From contig JBFWNL010000003.1 of the NCBI GenBank assembly GCA_050251055.1, positions 256,001 through 320,000 on the forward strand: 64,000 bases of DNA, given 5' to 3'. The DNA comes from Bacteriovoracia bacterium (GTDB lineage Bacteria; Bdellovibrionota; UBA1018; JBFWNL01). The position numbers and the translations under genes were made by a program. The first letter of the stretch is position 1; the number at the start of each line of letters is the position of its first letter. Below, piece by piece: positions 39,611 to 50,110 of the stretch. Under the pieces are notes generated by a model, which had not been told where the DNA came from, searched no databases, and saw only the letters and a list, made by a program, of their open reading frames with translations.

Positions 39611-41707
39611 TCAGGCCCGCGGTGGGAGCACGCCGGCTTTGATTTTAATTTCCTCGGCCAGGTTATCCGGGAGCGGTTCATAGTGCGAAAATTCCATCGT
39701 GAACGTCGCCCGGCCCTGCGAAGAAGACCGCAGGGCGGTCGAGTAGCCGAACATCGTGGCCAGTGGTACTTCCGCTTTGACCACTTGCATACCATGGCGA
39801 TTTGACAGATTCAAAATCTTTCCTCGGCGGGAATTCAGGTCCCCAATGACGCTCCCCATGTAGTCATCCGGGCTCACTACTTCACAAGCCATGATCGGTT
39901 CCAAGATTAGGGGGCGGGCCTGGAGCGCGGCCTGCTTGAAGGCCATCGACGCGGCGATCTTGAACGCGATTTCGGACGAATCCACTTCGTGAAACGACCC
40001 GTCATAAAGCGTAGCCTTGATATCCACGACCGGGTAGCCGGCCACGATGCCGCCGCCCATGGATTCTTCGACCCCCTTCCCCACGGGCGGGATGAATTGC
40101 TGCGGGATAGCCCCATTCTTGATGCCGTTGACGAACTGAAAGCCCGTGCCGGGCGGCAGGGGTTCGAGCTCGATCCAGACGTGCCCGAACTGGCCCTTGC
40201 TGCCGGCGGCCTGGCGCAGAAATTTACCTTCGGCCTTGGCCGGCACCGAAATGGTTTCTTTATAAGCCACCTGCGGGCGCCCGATATTGGCGTCGAGCTT
40301 GAACTCCCGCTTTAAGCGGTCCACGATGATTTCTAAATGCAGCTCGCCCATCCCGGAAATCAACGTCTGCCCCGTATCGGCATCCGCGCGTACGCGGAAG
40401 GACGGATCCTCCACGGCTAACCGCTGTAATGATGTGGCAAGTTTTTCTTGGTCGGCCTGGGTCTTGGGCTCGATGACGATCGAGATCACCGGCTCGGGAA
40501 ATTCGATCTTCTCCAAAAGCACGGGACGCTTCTGCGAACAAAACGTGTCGCCCGTCGTTGGGAAACGCAACCCCACCGCGGCGCCGATGTCACCCGCCGA
40601 AAGCTTTTGAATCTCTTCGCGCTTGTTGGCGTGCATGCGCAGCAAACGCCCAAGACGCTCGCGCTTGTCTTTGCCGGGATTGAAAATCGTTTCGCCGGTT
40701 TCGATACTCCCGGAATAAACCCGGAAGTAAACCAGCTGACCCACGAATGGATCGGTCATGATCTTGAACGCTAGCGCCGCAAAAGGCTCTTCTGGATCGG
40801 CTTTGCACAAGATAGTTTTGTTCGCGTCGGCGGGATCTTTGCCTTCGGCGGGTTTCACTTCCACGGGCGAAGGCAGATAATCGACGATGGCGTCGAGCAA
40901 CGGCTGGACGCCCTTGTTTTTAAAGCTCGCCCCGCAAAGCACGGGTACGATCAGCATCGAGATGCAGCCTTTGCGGATTCCCGCGCGCAGCTCCGCTTCC
41001 GTGAGCGCGCCGCCATTCAGATATTTTTCCGTAAGCTTATCGTCGCACTCCGCGACGGCTTCGATCATCTTCTCGCGGTACTCGGCCGCCTGATCGGCGA
41101 GCTCGGCCGGGATTTCCTTTTTCTCGAGCTTGGCGCCCTGATCGGTGGGCTGCCAAACCATCAGCTTCATCTCGATGAGATCGACGATGCCATGAAAAGT
41201 GTCTTCCGCACCCCACGGGATCTGAAGCGCCACCGGTCTCGCACCTAGTCGCTCTTTGATCTGCTTGATTACCTCGAAGAAGTCCGCGCCAATGCGGTCC
41301 ATCTTATTGACGAACGCGATACGAGGCACGTGATACTTATTGGCCTGGCGCCAAACCGTTTCAGACTGCGGTTCGACCCCGCCCACCGCGCAAAACACGC
41401 CGACCGCCCCGTCGAGCACGCGCAGGGAGCGCTCCACTTCGATCGTGAAGTCAACGTGGCCGGGAGTATCAATGATGTTCACCTGGTGATCGCGCCAGAA
41501 GCAAGTCGTCGCGGCGGAGGTGATCGTAATGCCCCGCTCTTGCTCCTGCGGCATCCAATCCATGATGGTCGTGCCTTCGTGCACTTCGCCCATTTTGTGG
41601 GTCTTGCCGGTGTAAAAAAGAATGCGCTCGGTGGTCGTGGTTTTGCCCGCGTCGATGTGCGCCATGATGCCGATGTTGCGCGTACTTTGAAGATTGGGGC
41701 CTGCCAT
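39611..41707 (-). CDS. fusA: Elongation factor G
   Basis: [37 protein letters not shown] and HEVDSSE. Confidence 0.98.
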   Translation of the reverse strand: MAGPNLQSTRNIGIMAHIDAGKTTTTERILFYTGKTHKMGEVHEGTTIMDWMPQEQERGITITSAATTCFWRDHQVNIIDTPGHVDFTIEVERSLRVLDGAVGVFCAVGGVEPQSETVWRQANKYHVPRIAFVNKMDRIGADFFEVIKQIKERLGARPVALQIPWGAEDTFHGIVDLIEMKLMVWQPTDQGAKLEKKEIPAELADQAAEYREKMIEAVAECDDKLTEKYLNGGALTEAELRAGIRKGCISMLIVPVLCGASFKNKGVQPLLDAIVDYLPSPVEVKPAEGKDPADANKTILCKADPEEPFAALAFKIMTDPFVGQLVYFRVYSGSIETGETIFNPGKDKRERLGRLLRMHANKREEIQKLSAGDIGAAVGLRFPTTGDTFCSQKRPVLLEKIEFPEPVISIVIEPKTQADQEKLATSLQRLAVEDPSFRVRADADTGQTLISGMGELHLEIIVDRLKREFKLDANIGRPQVAYKETISVPAKAEGKFLRQAAGSKGQFGHVWIELEPLPPGTGFQFVNGIKNGAIPQQFIPPVGKGVEESMGGGIVAGYPVVDIKATLYDGSFHEVDSSEIAFKIAASMAFKQAALQARPLILEPIMACEVVSPDDYMGSVIGDLNSRRGKILNLSNRHGMQVVKAEVPLATMFGYSTALRSSSQGRATFTMEFSHYEPLPDNLAEEIKIKAGVLPPRA

Positions 41708-41717
41708 TACTAACTCT

Positions 41718-42863
41718 TTAGGGATCCTTTATTTGGGCTCGCTGCGCGATTACGCTGACTAATATCACCGCCCAACAAGCGTACAAAAGCACAAAAACAT
41801 GCGGAAAAATAAAATAGTGCACCACCGCGCTATGGCGCATGAGCACGATCCACACGTAAGAAGCTACCAGCGCCAACCCGCTGGCGGCGGCGAACTGTGC
41901 CCGCCGGTGACGCGGCCCCAGATACAACCAGGCGGCTAAGAACGAGAGCGCCAACATCTGGAAGGCTCCGATACGGAAAAACCCTGCCACGTGTTGGCTA
42001 TACTCGAATACGAGCTTCAAAAGCGGCACGGGCGCGCCGCCCGAGCGCCCCAGATAGGTCGCGATCTGGTCTTGCCACGCATCCGAGAAGCTCGCCAAAA
42101 ACAAGGCCACTTGAGTAAAATGCACGGCATAACCTGCCAAAATCCCCAAACCCACGACAAACGAGTCGCGCAGGCCGCGCCGCCAATTCAGGCGCTCGGG
42201 CCGCAAGAGTCTCCCCACCAGGGGGGATGCGCAGATCACGAAGACGCTCGTGAATTGGACGTAAATCCCCGCAAAACCCAGCGCCCACCACCACGGCGTT
42301 TTCACCGCCTTACGCATACCGAGAGCCAATCCCGCCAAAGTCAGCGCGTCGGCGTACGAAACGCCCACGAGGGTCAAACCCCATTGATAAATGGCGGGGG
42401 CCAAAAAAAGTGGCAACGCCAAAGCCGCACGCGACCACGGCCAAGCGGGTACGACCTCGCGGGCGGCCGTTAAGATCAAAAAAAGCACCGCCGCGAGCGT
42501 GCATAGAAGCGGAAGCATGCGTGCGTAAGGAATCGTTGAATCATCCCCACCTAACAGACGGAATGGAATCCACGAAAGGTAACTGTCCCCCGGCAGATAG
42601 TGCGTGTAAACGAATGTTTCCCGCAGCTTCGCGATCGGCGTCTCATGGTTGAAGCCTTTAAAAACCGGGAGGCCGTAGGTCGGCCCGAAACCATCGCGCA
42701 AAAATTCGCGAATCCCCTCAATGGTCATTGCCTCCGCGGTGTGCTGAATGGCGGGCGACGGCCCGAAATGACGGATCAACGCCACTTCCTTCACGAGGAA
42801 AAGGACGCAAATAATAACGAATGCGGTTTTAGGGAACGAGCTGGCTTTCGCCAATCTTACCAA
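41718..42863 (-). CDS. Polytopic membrane protein, GT-C (ArnT/PMT-like) glycosyltransferase candidate
   Basis: About 10 hydrophobic segments, and a large first loop ending in YTHYLPG. Fills the rpsG-fusA gap exactly. TTG start at 42863 or 42854. Confidence 0.65.
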   Translation of the reverse strand: MVRLAKASSFPKTAFVIICVLFLVKEVALIRHFGPSPAIQHTAEAMTIEGIREFLRDGFGPTYGLPVFKGFNHETPIAKLRETFVYTHYLPGDSYLSWIPFRLLGGDDSTIPYARMLPLLCTLAAVLFLILTAAREVVPAWPWSRAALALPLFLAPAIYQWGLTLVGVSYADALTLAGLALGMRKAVKTPWWWALGFAGIYVQFTSVFVICASPLVGRLLRPERLNWRRGLRDSFVVGLGILAGYAVHFTQVALFLASFSDAWQDQIATYLGRSGGAPVPLLKLVFEYSQHVAGFFRIGAFQMLALSFLAAWLYLGPRHRRAQFAAASGLALVASYVWIVLMRHSAVVHYFIFPHVFVLLYACWAVILVSVIAQRAQIKDP

Positions 42864-43330
42864 CGGAAGTGCGCGAACGCCTTGTTGGCATCAGCCATGC
42901 GGTGCACGTCTTCGCGCTTCTTCATGGCGCCGCCGCGGCCTTCGGAGGCCTCGAGGAATTCGCTGGCCAAACGTTCGGCCAAGGAGTTTTCCGTGCGGGC
43001 ACGCGCGGCTTCGATGATCCAGCGCGAAGAGAGCGATTGACGACGGCCCGGGGCGACTTCCACCGGAACCTGGTAGTTGGCTCCGCCGATACGACGGGAC
43101 TTCACTTCGAGCACGGGCTTGGCGTTTTCCAAAGCCTTCTTGAACACCTTAATGCCGTCTTCGGTCTTGGTGCGCTCTTGAATGATGTCGATCGCTTGGT
43201 AGAACACGCCTTCGACGAGGGCTTTCTTACCATCCTTCACGAGCGTATTGATGAACTTGGTTACAACGATGTCGTTGAACTTGGGATCCGGTTGAACTTC
43301 TCTTTTGGCGGCAGTCTTTTTACGACCCAT
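42857..43330 (-). CDS. rpsG: 30S ribosomal protein S7
   Basis: EVKSRRIGGANYQVPVEV and [15 protein letters not shown]. Confidence 0.99.
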   Translation of the reverse strand: MGRKKTAAKREVQPDPKFNDIVVTKFINTLVKDGKKALVEGVFYQAIDIIQERTKTEDGIKVFKKALENAKPVLEVKSRRIGGANYQVPVEVAPGRRQSLSSRWIIEAARARTENSLAERLASEFLEASEGRGGAMKKREDVHRMADANKAFAHFRW

Positions 43331-43364
43331 TTTCTTTCAATCCTTCTTTATAACTTTTGCTGGA

Positions 43365-43790
43365 TTAAGCTTTCGCCGGTTCCGCGGAAGCCGCGGCACC
43401 CGCCGCTGCGCCACCGCCGCCGCTCGGGCGCTTGGCGCCGTACTTCGAGCGACTTTGCTTACGACCCGCCACGCCTTGCGTGTCGAGCGTTCCGCGTACG
43501 GTGTGATAACGAACACCGGGAAGATCCTTCACGCGGCCGCCGCGAATGAGCACGATCGAGTGCTCTTGCAGGTTGTGGCCGACGCCTGGAATATAAGAAG
43601 TGACTTCGAAACCGTTGGTCAATTTCACGCGGCAAACTTTGCGAAGCGCGGAGTTCGGTTTCTTAGGAGTCGTCGTGTAAACGCGCGTGCAAACGCCGCG
43701 GCGCTGGGGACATTTTTCAAGCGCGGGGGCGCTGGTTTTCCAAACTTTGCGCTGCCGGCCCGCACGGATGAGCTGATTAATCGTAGGCAT
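43365..43790 (-). CDS. rpsL: 30S ribosomal protein S12
   Basis: [17 protein letters not shown] and [11 protein letters not shown]. Ala/Gly C-tail. Confidence 0.99.
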   Translation of the reverse strand: MPTINQLIRAGRQRKVWKTSAPALEKCPQRRGVCTRVYTTTPKKPNSALRKVCRVKLTNGFEVTSYIPGVGHNLQEHSIVLIRGGRVKDLPGVRYHTVRGTLDTQGVAGRKQSRSKYGAKRPSGGGGAAAGAAASAEPAKA

Positions 43791-43823
43791 TACTATCCTC
43801 TCTGTAATTTCTGTAAGGCGGTG

Positions 43824-43852
43824 AAAATAGACGACTCCCCTGGTTGAGTCAA
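43824..43852 (-). promoter_or_regulatory. Putative sigma70 promoter of the str operon, TTGACT-N17-TATTTT
   Basis: Near-consensus hexamers with 17-nt spacing, about 34 nt upstream of rpsL. Confidence 0.6.
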
Positions 43853-43928
43853 GCGAACTATCAGGCCTTATTTCTAAGCATATTTCGACTCAAGCGAAGC
43901 GCGCGTCTGTGGCTTCCGTTTTTAATTA

Positions 43929-43957
43929 TTGACCAAAAAAGTCTGTTTTAGTAGGTT
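43929..43957 (+). promoter_or_regulatory. Putative sigma70 promoter TTGACC-N17-TAGGTT
   Basis: Consensus-like hexamers and spacing upstream of 44013. Confidence 0.45.
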
Positions 43958-44012
43958 GCTCACCATCGGGTAGCCAAAAGAGTCTAAATCAGGCGTAAGC
44001 AGGAGTTCGTTT

Positions 44013-45806
44013 ATGTGGAATTTCAGCACTATCCCGAGCATTTACATCATTCTGACCTTCATCCCTAGCTTGGCCCTCGCCAATCCCATCGACTACGCTA
44101 TTGAGCTGGTAGGCGTCGAAGCGAGCGCCAGTGCGGACAGCTTTTCCGCCAGCGATCTCTCTTTTTCCGCCGCTATCCCCACCCGGCCGGATCTCGGAAC
44201 CTTCCCCCTGCACCCCCCCGGTAAAGTACTTGAGGTGGGCTCGAAAGAATCAATCCCGGTTCAAGGCCGCCGCCTTGTCTTGCCGGCCGGAGCCGCCATC
44301 CACCCGGAAAACAGCGATGATCTGTTGGTACCCTTGGAAATCTTCATCTTCGATCGAGACATTTCCTACTGGCGGATGCGAACGGTGGAAACCCCGCTGG
44401 TCGTGCGTCGCCGGCTCCACTTACGGTGGAGTCCCCGCGTGAATCCCGGCCAGCCACAGGTCATCACCACCGTCTTTCTCTCCGACGACAAGGGAATCCT
44501 ATTTACGCTCACGTTCCACGCCCACGTCGTAAACACCGAAGCTTCACGGCACCGGTTTCAGGCTGCGAAGAAAGTGATCGAAGACCATGCCTACCGCTGG
44601 CTCGCTCCAATCGACCGGACCAGCAAGGATTGGCTCTTCTTAGAGAACCCCGCCACGGCGGCGAAGCGCTACGATCGCGCGCTCATCTGGGTGGGCGGCG
44701 GCTTGAATACGGGCTATTTCCTCGGCATGCTCGACGGCGCGATCGAATCCAACTGGAAGCCCGACGTGATCGTCGCTACTTGTGGTTCCAGCCTAGCCGG
44801 CGCGATCGCGCACCATGCGCAATCCTCGGCGGAAATGCGTCAAGTGGTCGAGAGCCGCGAATTCTACGAGCTACTGCAGAAAGTCGAAGGCAACAACACC
44901 GAGCTCTTGGGCGTAGGCATGAAGGTCCTGGAACTGATGTGGGCGAATCGGGTTTCTGGCTCTATTCCTGCCCTCGACGAAGGCCACATCTTTCATATGG
45001 ATCCACACGGCTTGCCCGGCGACCTCTTAAAAGACCGCTTTCGTTCAGAAGGTATTCGTCTGTTGGTCGTCGGCGCCAAGGCGAACCGAAGCGGAAAAAA
45101 AATCCAGAGCTTCACCCCCACCTATTTCACCGACGCCCAGACGGGCGCGTTGCTGAAAGACTTCCTTTATCCGCTCGCTCGCCAGTTCCCCGACTCCAAA
45201 ATGACCGAGAAAGGGCTGGTGGTTACGAGCCTCGATACCTCGCAGGCCATTCGGGCCACAATATCGGATGCCTACCTCATCAACCCGCTGGAGCTACCGA
45301 ACGGCGAAGTTTATGGCGCCGGCGCGCACATGCTTCATCCGCTGGAGCTTGGGCCTACTCTCGCACGCGAAAGCATGATGATGTTTCCGGGATCTTTTGG
45401 CTTCGTCCCCCAGGAAACATTGAAAGCCGCCTGGGGTATAGACAATAATGAACGGGTCCGCCACGTCACCTCCCAGTACGCTGACTACTGGATCGACGGC
45501 TCGGACAATCCGTTTGCCCCGATCGCGAACTTCAACGAACATCTCGATCTCGGCGCCGCCGACGGACACAAGGTGTGGATCGGGTTACCCAATCGCTTTG
45601 AAGAATACGTCCGAGGTGTCCGCCTACAATGGGAAGAGGGCCGCCTGCGCGCGATAGAAGCCCTGAGTGCTCCGTACAAGAACGACAAGGCTCACATCCG
45701 GCAGATGAACGAAGCCAACACGAGCAAGGAAACCCGCGAAGCCGTGGCCAAGTATCGCAAGCGGCGGCAAACCCTCCCCGCCGCACGCGCAAAAGGCTTA
45801 AATTAA
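44013..45806 (+). CDS. Secreted patatin-like protein with non-canonical active-site motifs
   Basis: Signal peptide and ALIWVGGG glycine loop. PDVIVATCGS at the GxSxG position and QAIRATIS...YGAG at the ASxxxP/DGG positions. Confidence 0.7.
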   Translation: MWNFSTIPSIYIILTFIPSLALANPIDYAIELVGVEASASADSFSASDLSFSAAIPTRPDLGTFPLHPPGKVLEVGSKESIPVQGRRLVLPAGAAIHPENSDDLLVPLEIFIFDRDISYWRMRTVETPLVVRRRLHLRWSPRVNPGQPQVITTVFLSDDKGILFTLTFHAHVVNTEASRHRFQAAKKVIEDHAYRWLAPIDRTSKDWLFLENPATAAKRYDRALIWVGGGLNTGYFLGMLDGAIESNWKPDVIVATCGSSLAGAIAHHAQSSAEMRQVVESREFYELLQKVEGNNTELLGVGMKVLELMWANRVSGSIPALDEGHIFHMDPHGLPGDLLKDRFRSEGIRLLVVGAKANRSGKKIQSFTPTYFTDAQTGALLKDFLYPLARQFPDSKMTEKGLVVTSLDTSQAIRATISDAYLINPLELPNGEVYGAGAHMLHPLELGPTLARESMMMFPGSFGFVPQETLKAAWGIDNNERVRHVTSQYADYWIDGSDNPFAPIANFNEHLDLGAADGHKVWIGLPNRFEEYVRGVRLQWEEGRLRAIEALSAPYKNDKAHIRQMNEANTSKETREAVAKYRKRRQTLPAARAKGLN

Positions 45807-45820
45807 GCCCCAGTAAATTG

Positions 45821-45849
45821 TTGACAAATTAAGTATGATTTAATATGTT
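45821..45849 (+). promoter_or_regulatory. Putative sigma70 promoter TTGACA-N17-TATGTT
   Basis: Perfect -35 and a 17-nt spacer upstream of the paralog pair. Confidence 0.6.
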
Positions 45850-45896
45850 CGAGCCCGTTTGGTTAAATCGAATCTTGTTCGGGCAGGAAGGCTACT

Positions 45897-47381
45897 GTGG
45901 CTATTTTTAATGTAGTTTTAGCTATTTATATCGCGTTTAGCGCTGCCTCTGCGATCGCTAATCCAGAGCGCTTTGAACACTCTGAAACCCTCGCCATCGA
46001 AGGAACCGGGGAGGAGACCTTCTACCAGATCGACCACCAGTTGGATTGTGGCGGACGAGCGAGCCCAACGTTGCCGGGCTTAGTCGGCACCGTTCACCTC
46101 GGAGGCGGCAAGGCGATCTGGTTTGACCTCTTTCAAGGCAAGTCCCGCACCCTCGTCTCGCTGGGCCGCCCTCGGCAAGCCACGACCCTCACCGTGGACA
46201 TCTGGAACCGCCGCGGCCAAGACTGCCGAGTCGCCCAGTTCACCACGCAGATCGTGAAAGTCGATGTCAGCCAGGCGAACCTGGAGCAAAACATCCATGC
46301 TACAGCGCTGCTGCATTCCCCTTATATCGTCATCCGAAAAGACCAGAGCATGAACCGCAACACCGACGTGCCCCTGGAACTGGTTTACCACGTGGAACGG
46401 GACGCCGCGAAGAAGACCATCACGATTCGCTACACGACTTTTTTCTCCGACGAAAACTCCAAGACCGCGGCCAGCGACAGCGAAGGGCAAATGTCCCGCT
46501 ACGGCCGCACGAGCGACATTGAGTGGACGTACGAAGTGATTTTCGACCAGGTAAGCGGCAAGAAGCTCGACGCACGTTACCAGGGCGGTTTTACCGATAA
46601 AGTACGCGGATGGAACCCGCTGAACTGGCAACTGTCCGGCGACCACAGTAGCCACTCCTTCAATGGCGAATATGCCGACGGCACCGACCACCCGGTTCTC
46701 TACAACATCGCCGATAACAACGTGTTCTCTGATCGCGCCGGCGGAGAAAGCCTGACTAACGCCCGCGTGACCTACCGCCTGGGACTGGCGGAACAGTCAA
46801 ACGTTCCTTCGCCGCTCGCCCGCGAGCGGTTCCAACAAAGCCCCGCCGGTCAGTACATGTACCTGGTTTGCGACAAAGAGTGCGAGCTGGAAAACAAAGC
46901 CGCCGGCACCGCGGAGGACTATCTCTACATAGCGGTACGCGGAAAGCTCAGCCCGAGCGGAACCCTCTTCAACGCCCGCAACGGCGCGTTCAAGATCAAG
47001 ACGTATCTCTTCGATGTCTGGGTCAATGCCCAAGATGACGGCGTGGTGCACGACCGCAAGTTCCAGCTGGACCGGACCATCGAAAGCAATCGCAGCTGTG
47101 ACCGAATGGGCGAGGACATGCACGGCCAAGAATCCACTCCCGCCATCCGGATCGGCAAGGCCGACCTCGACGCCGTCGCGAGCGGCAAAAAAATGATTTA
47201 CCTGCGGTTTACCGACGCGCGATTCGCGGGCACGACCGAAAAGTTCGCCGTCGATGAGCTTTCCGTCTTCCGTATGGTGTGGAATCCTGAAATGGGATCC
47301 TACGAAAAGCAGCCTTGGAAAATCGCCGGCGGCACGCTCGACGGCTTCCGATCGGGCCTCGTGGTCTCCCCGGCCCGATAA
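45897..47381 (+). CDS. Secreted hypothetical protein, paralog A
   Basis: Signal peptide. Colinear similarity to 47385..48785 (HSPY, PLELVY, FFSDE, RYGR-x2-DIEW, GDH, HP-x-LYN-x-A-x-NNVF). Confidence 0.85.
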   Translation: MAIFNVVLAIYIAFSAASAIANPERFEHSETLAIEGTGEETFYQIDHQLDCGGRASPTLPGLVGTVHLGGGKAIWFDLFQGKSRTLVSLGRPRQATTLTVDIWNRRGQDCRVAQFTTQIVKVDVSQANLEQNIHATALLHSPYIVIRKDQSMNRNTDVPLELVYHVERDAAKKTITIRYTTFFSDENSKTAASDSEGQMSRYGRTSDIEWTYEVIFDQVSGKKLDARYQGGFTDKVRGWNPLNWQLSGDHSSHSFNGEYADGTDHPVLYNIADNNVFSDRAGGESLTNARVTYRLGLAEQSNVPSPLARERFQQSPAGQYMYLVCDKECELENKAAGTAEDYLYIAVRGKLSPSGTLFNARNGAFKIKTYLFDVWVNAQDDGVVHDRKFQLDRTIESNRSCDRMGEDMHGQESTPAIRIGKADLDAVASGKKMIYLRFTDARFAGTTEKFAVDELSVFRMVWNPEMGSYEKQPWKIAGGTLDGFRSGLVVSPAR

Positions 47382-47384
47382 ACT

Positions 47385-48785
47385 ATGTGGATAATCGCCT
47401 GGACGCTGTTGAATTTCGCCGCTGCGGAAACCATCTACGAAGTGAATTACCGCATTCACTGCGGCGAATCTCCACGAGAGGCGCAAGCCCTGCCGGGTTT
47501 TCAGGGGACCCTGAAGTTCGAGTCAGGCGGCCTGGCTCGCGAAATCCGTTTCGACCTTTTTCAAGGTAAGGAAAAGACTTTGGTCTCACTGGGAGACACG
47601 GCCGCCCAGCCCGAAGTCACTCTCCTACCCCATGCCGGAACCCGCTGCCGCCTGGAAAAGACCGCCACGACACTCAACCAGGTAGACCTTTCACGCGCAG
47701 ATTTGGACGCAAACCTCTACCTAACGGCCCTGCGCCATTCCCCTTACCTCGTCGTCCGTCGCGACCAGGTCGAAAATCGGGGCACGGATCTGCCCCTCGA
47801 GCTGGTTTACAGCCTACATGAGAACGCGGACGCGGGGACCGTCACCCTCCGTTACACCGTGTTTTTCTCGGACGAGGATTCCAAACGCTCGGCGGCCGAC
47901 GTGAAGGGCCAACTCGCACGCTACGGCCGCAGCACCGATATTGAGTGGGCTTACGAGGTGGTTTTCTCGCGGAAAGACGGCGCAGTCTTGGGCCGCTACT
48001 TCCAGGGCGGCTTCGGCGACAAATCGCGCACGGGCGATCTCGCGGGCGATCATGCTCGTGTTTCCTTTCAAGGAAAATACTGGGGCGGAACCGCGCATCC
48101 CATTCTCTACAACTTCGCCAAAAACAACGTGTTCGCCGATGCTCCGAAAGCGATGGCCGAGGCGGATCGCTATATCGCGTATCACCCTTCGCTGACGCCC
48201 GATGCGCGTATCCAAACGCCCGAGGCGCGCGAAGCTTTCCAATTTAGTCCCGCCGGCTCGTATATGACCGCGGTCAGCGAGATCGAAACCCGGTTAGAGG
48301 GAAAGTCGCCAGGCACGGTGAGCGACTACCTGTTCGCCACCGTGCGCGGGACCTTGCTGCCCAATCAAACGCCATTCAACTTTTCCAATGGCGCATTTAA
48401 CATTAGCGTCGACATGAAAGGCACGCGCGAGTCTTTCGGTCGCTTCGGCACCGAGCAGAAAGTCGATCGCTTGGGTGAGGACATGTTCCAGCAGGAGTCC
48501 ATCGCCGGCATCAGGTTAACGGGCGGGCTACTCGATGGCCTGACCGCCGCGGGCGGGCTTACGGCGGAGATCGCTTTTTCCGATGCGCGCGCCTTCGGCC
48601 GGACGGAGAAATTCGAAATCGCCCGCCTGGGCTGCTTCCGCCTGCGCTGGAACCCGCAAACGCAACGCTACGAAACCCAAACCCTGCCGGTGCTTACGCA
48701 AAAACTCGAGGGATTTGGTTCCACGGTACGCCTCGGCCGCGAGCGCCTACTCGCGGAAGATGCGCCGAGCGAGTCAGTAAAGTGA
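47385..48785 (+). CDS. Secreted hypothetical protein, paralog B
   Basis: Starts 3 nt after paralog A. Short signal-like N-terminus and the same conserved blocks. Confidence 0.85.
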   Translation: MWIIAWTLLNFAAAETIYEVNYRIHCGESPREAQALPGFQGTLKFESGGLAREIRFDLFQGKEKTLVSLGDTAAQPEVTLLPHAGTRCRLEKTATTLNQVDLSRADLDANLYLTALRHSPYLVVRRDQVENRGTDLPLELVYSLHENADAGTVTLRYTVFFSDEDSKRSAADVKGQLARYGRSTDIEWAYEVVFSRKDGAVLGRYFQGGFGDKSRTGDLAGDHARVSFQGKYWGGTAHPILYNFAKNNVFADAPKAMAEADRYIAYHPSLTPDARIQTPEAREAFQFSPAGSYMTAVSEIETRLEGKSPGTVSDYLFATVRGTLLPNQTPFNFSNGAFNISVDMKGTRESFGRFGTEQKVDRLGEDMFQQESIAGIRLTGGLLDGLTAAGGLTAEIAFSDARAFGRTEKFEIARLGCFRLRWNPQTQRYETQTLPVLTQKLEGFGSTVRLGRERLLAEDAPSESVK

Positions 48786-49919
48786 ATATTTCTCGTTGAG
48801 ATAGCTTTCGACGAGATCGCGCTCGTTCTCCAGCAACAGATCGTCGTAAAGCAGGATCTCGGAGATTTCTCCATAGAGGCTGAAGTCGGAATCCTCGCCA
48901 ATGAGGCTCGACTTCATCCCTAACGTGACGGGTCCGCTATGCTTGGCGCGGCTCTTGGCTTCGGCGATCTCGGAAGCCGTGAGCTGGCGCAGGGAAATCG
49001 CCGCCGCCGGGAAAAAACCGTCGTCGCCGTTGATCCGCACCCGTTGCTGCGCCCCAAAGATGATTTCTCCCGTGTAAAGCACGGGAGCCTTGCCAAAACC
49101 GTGTTTGCCGTCGGCGCAGCTATTGGCGCCCCCGTGGGCACCCGGAGTCGCGATACCCACCGTGTCTACGTCGTAGGCGAATCCGTAATGCTCGCCCTCC
49201 GCGTCCCCGAACATCAGAAAGTAGGGGCGTGCCGAATCTTTAAAACTTCTCAGCACGGAAAACGCGGAAAACCCGTAGTTTTTTGCATAAACGTAATTGG
49301 CGCCGAGCGTGAGATACTGCTTCTCGCCGTCGAATTCGACCGCCGGTAAGTCACCCGCGCCCGATTTCACGAACCGCGGGGGCGTGCGCTCGTTCGTCGC
49401 GTGCCGATCGTGCCCGCTCTCGTCCCGCCACCGCACGACGGTGCGTTGATCACGCGAACCATCTAGGGTCAACGACTCGGGCCGCAGCCAAAGCGCCGGC
49501 GCCCCAAGATTCAGCAGGGAGGCATCCTGCCCGAATCCATTCGCGTCCGTCACGCGCACCCGAACCGTTTCGACGCGTGCCGAGGCCGTGAGCACGCCGG
49601 TCACGGAACCAATCGTGCTCGCACCCGCAGTGACGGAAAACTGATACGGAGCGGTGCCACCCGTCGCCGAAAAGGTGGCCGTCTGCCCGGAGCGAGTCAC
49701 GGAAACGCTCGCGGTTAGACCGATGGAAGGTGGCTCGATCGGACCGGGAGGCTCTTCCTCGGTGGGCGCGGCGGGCGTAGGCTCTGGCCCCACCCTAAAA
49801 CTCTTGGGGACCCCTTGAACCGTACAAGCGCCTAAACCCAACACGCCCAGCAGCCAAAGGGTCTGCCCCAAAGACTGGCCCAGATGATTGCCCCGTTGCT
49901 TCATTGTCTTAAGCGACAT
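48774..49919 (-). CDS. Lipoprotein with one Ig-like repeat and a LamG/concanavalin-like C-terminal domain
   Basis: LGAC lipobox and FSATGGTAPY...VRVTD repeat. PALWL...W-x-DESG...GEISEILLYD...ESYLNEKY tip domain, homologous to the C-terminus of 50159..55165. Confidence 0.85.
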   Translation of the reverse strand: MSLKTMKQRGNHLGQSLGQTLWLLGVLGLGACTVQGVPKSFRVGPEPTPAAPTEEEPPGPIEPPSIGLTASVSVTRSGQTATFSATGGTAPYQFSVTAGASTIGSVTGVLTASARVETVRVRVTDANGFGQDASLLNLGAPALWLRPESLTLDGSRDQRTVVRWRDESGHDRHATNERTPPRFVKSGAGDLPAVEFDGEKQYLTLGANYVYAKNYGFSAFSVLRSFKDSARPYFLMFGDAEGEHYGFAYDVDTVGIATPGAHGGANSCADGKHGFGKAPVLYTGEIIFGAQQRVRINGDDGFFPAAAISLRQLTASEIAEAKSRAKHSGPVTLGMKSSLIGEDSDFSLYGEISEILLYDDLLLENERDLVESYLNEKYSLY

Positions 49920-50110
49920 CCCACTCCCCTCATCCTCTTTTCGACCAAATTTTCAAGATACCTTAACCTTCACAATAGAGCCGTATGTCCTGCTTAACCT
50001 GTCAATTAACTAGTCAGAATAAAACAGTTATTCTAAATAGCTGAATATTATTATGCTTTTTTATTAACTCTATTTAAATTAAATCAATAACTTCATATTG
50101 TTAACCAATA

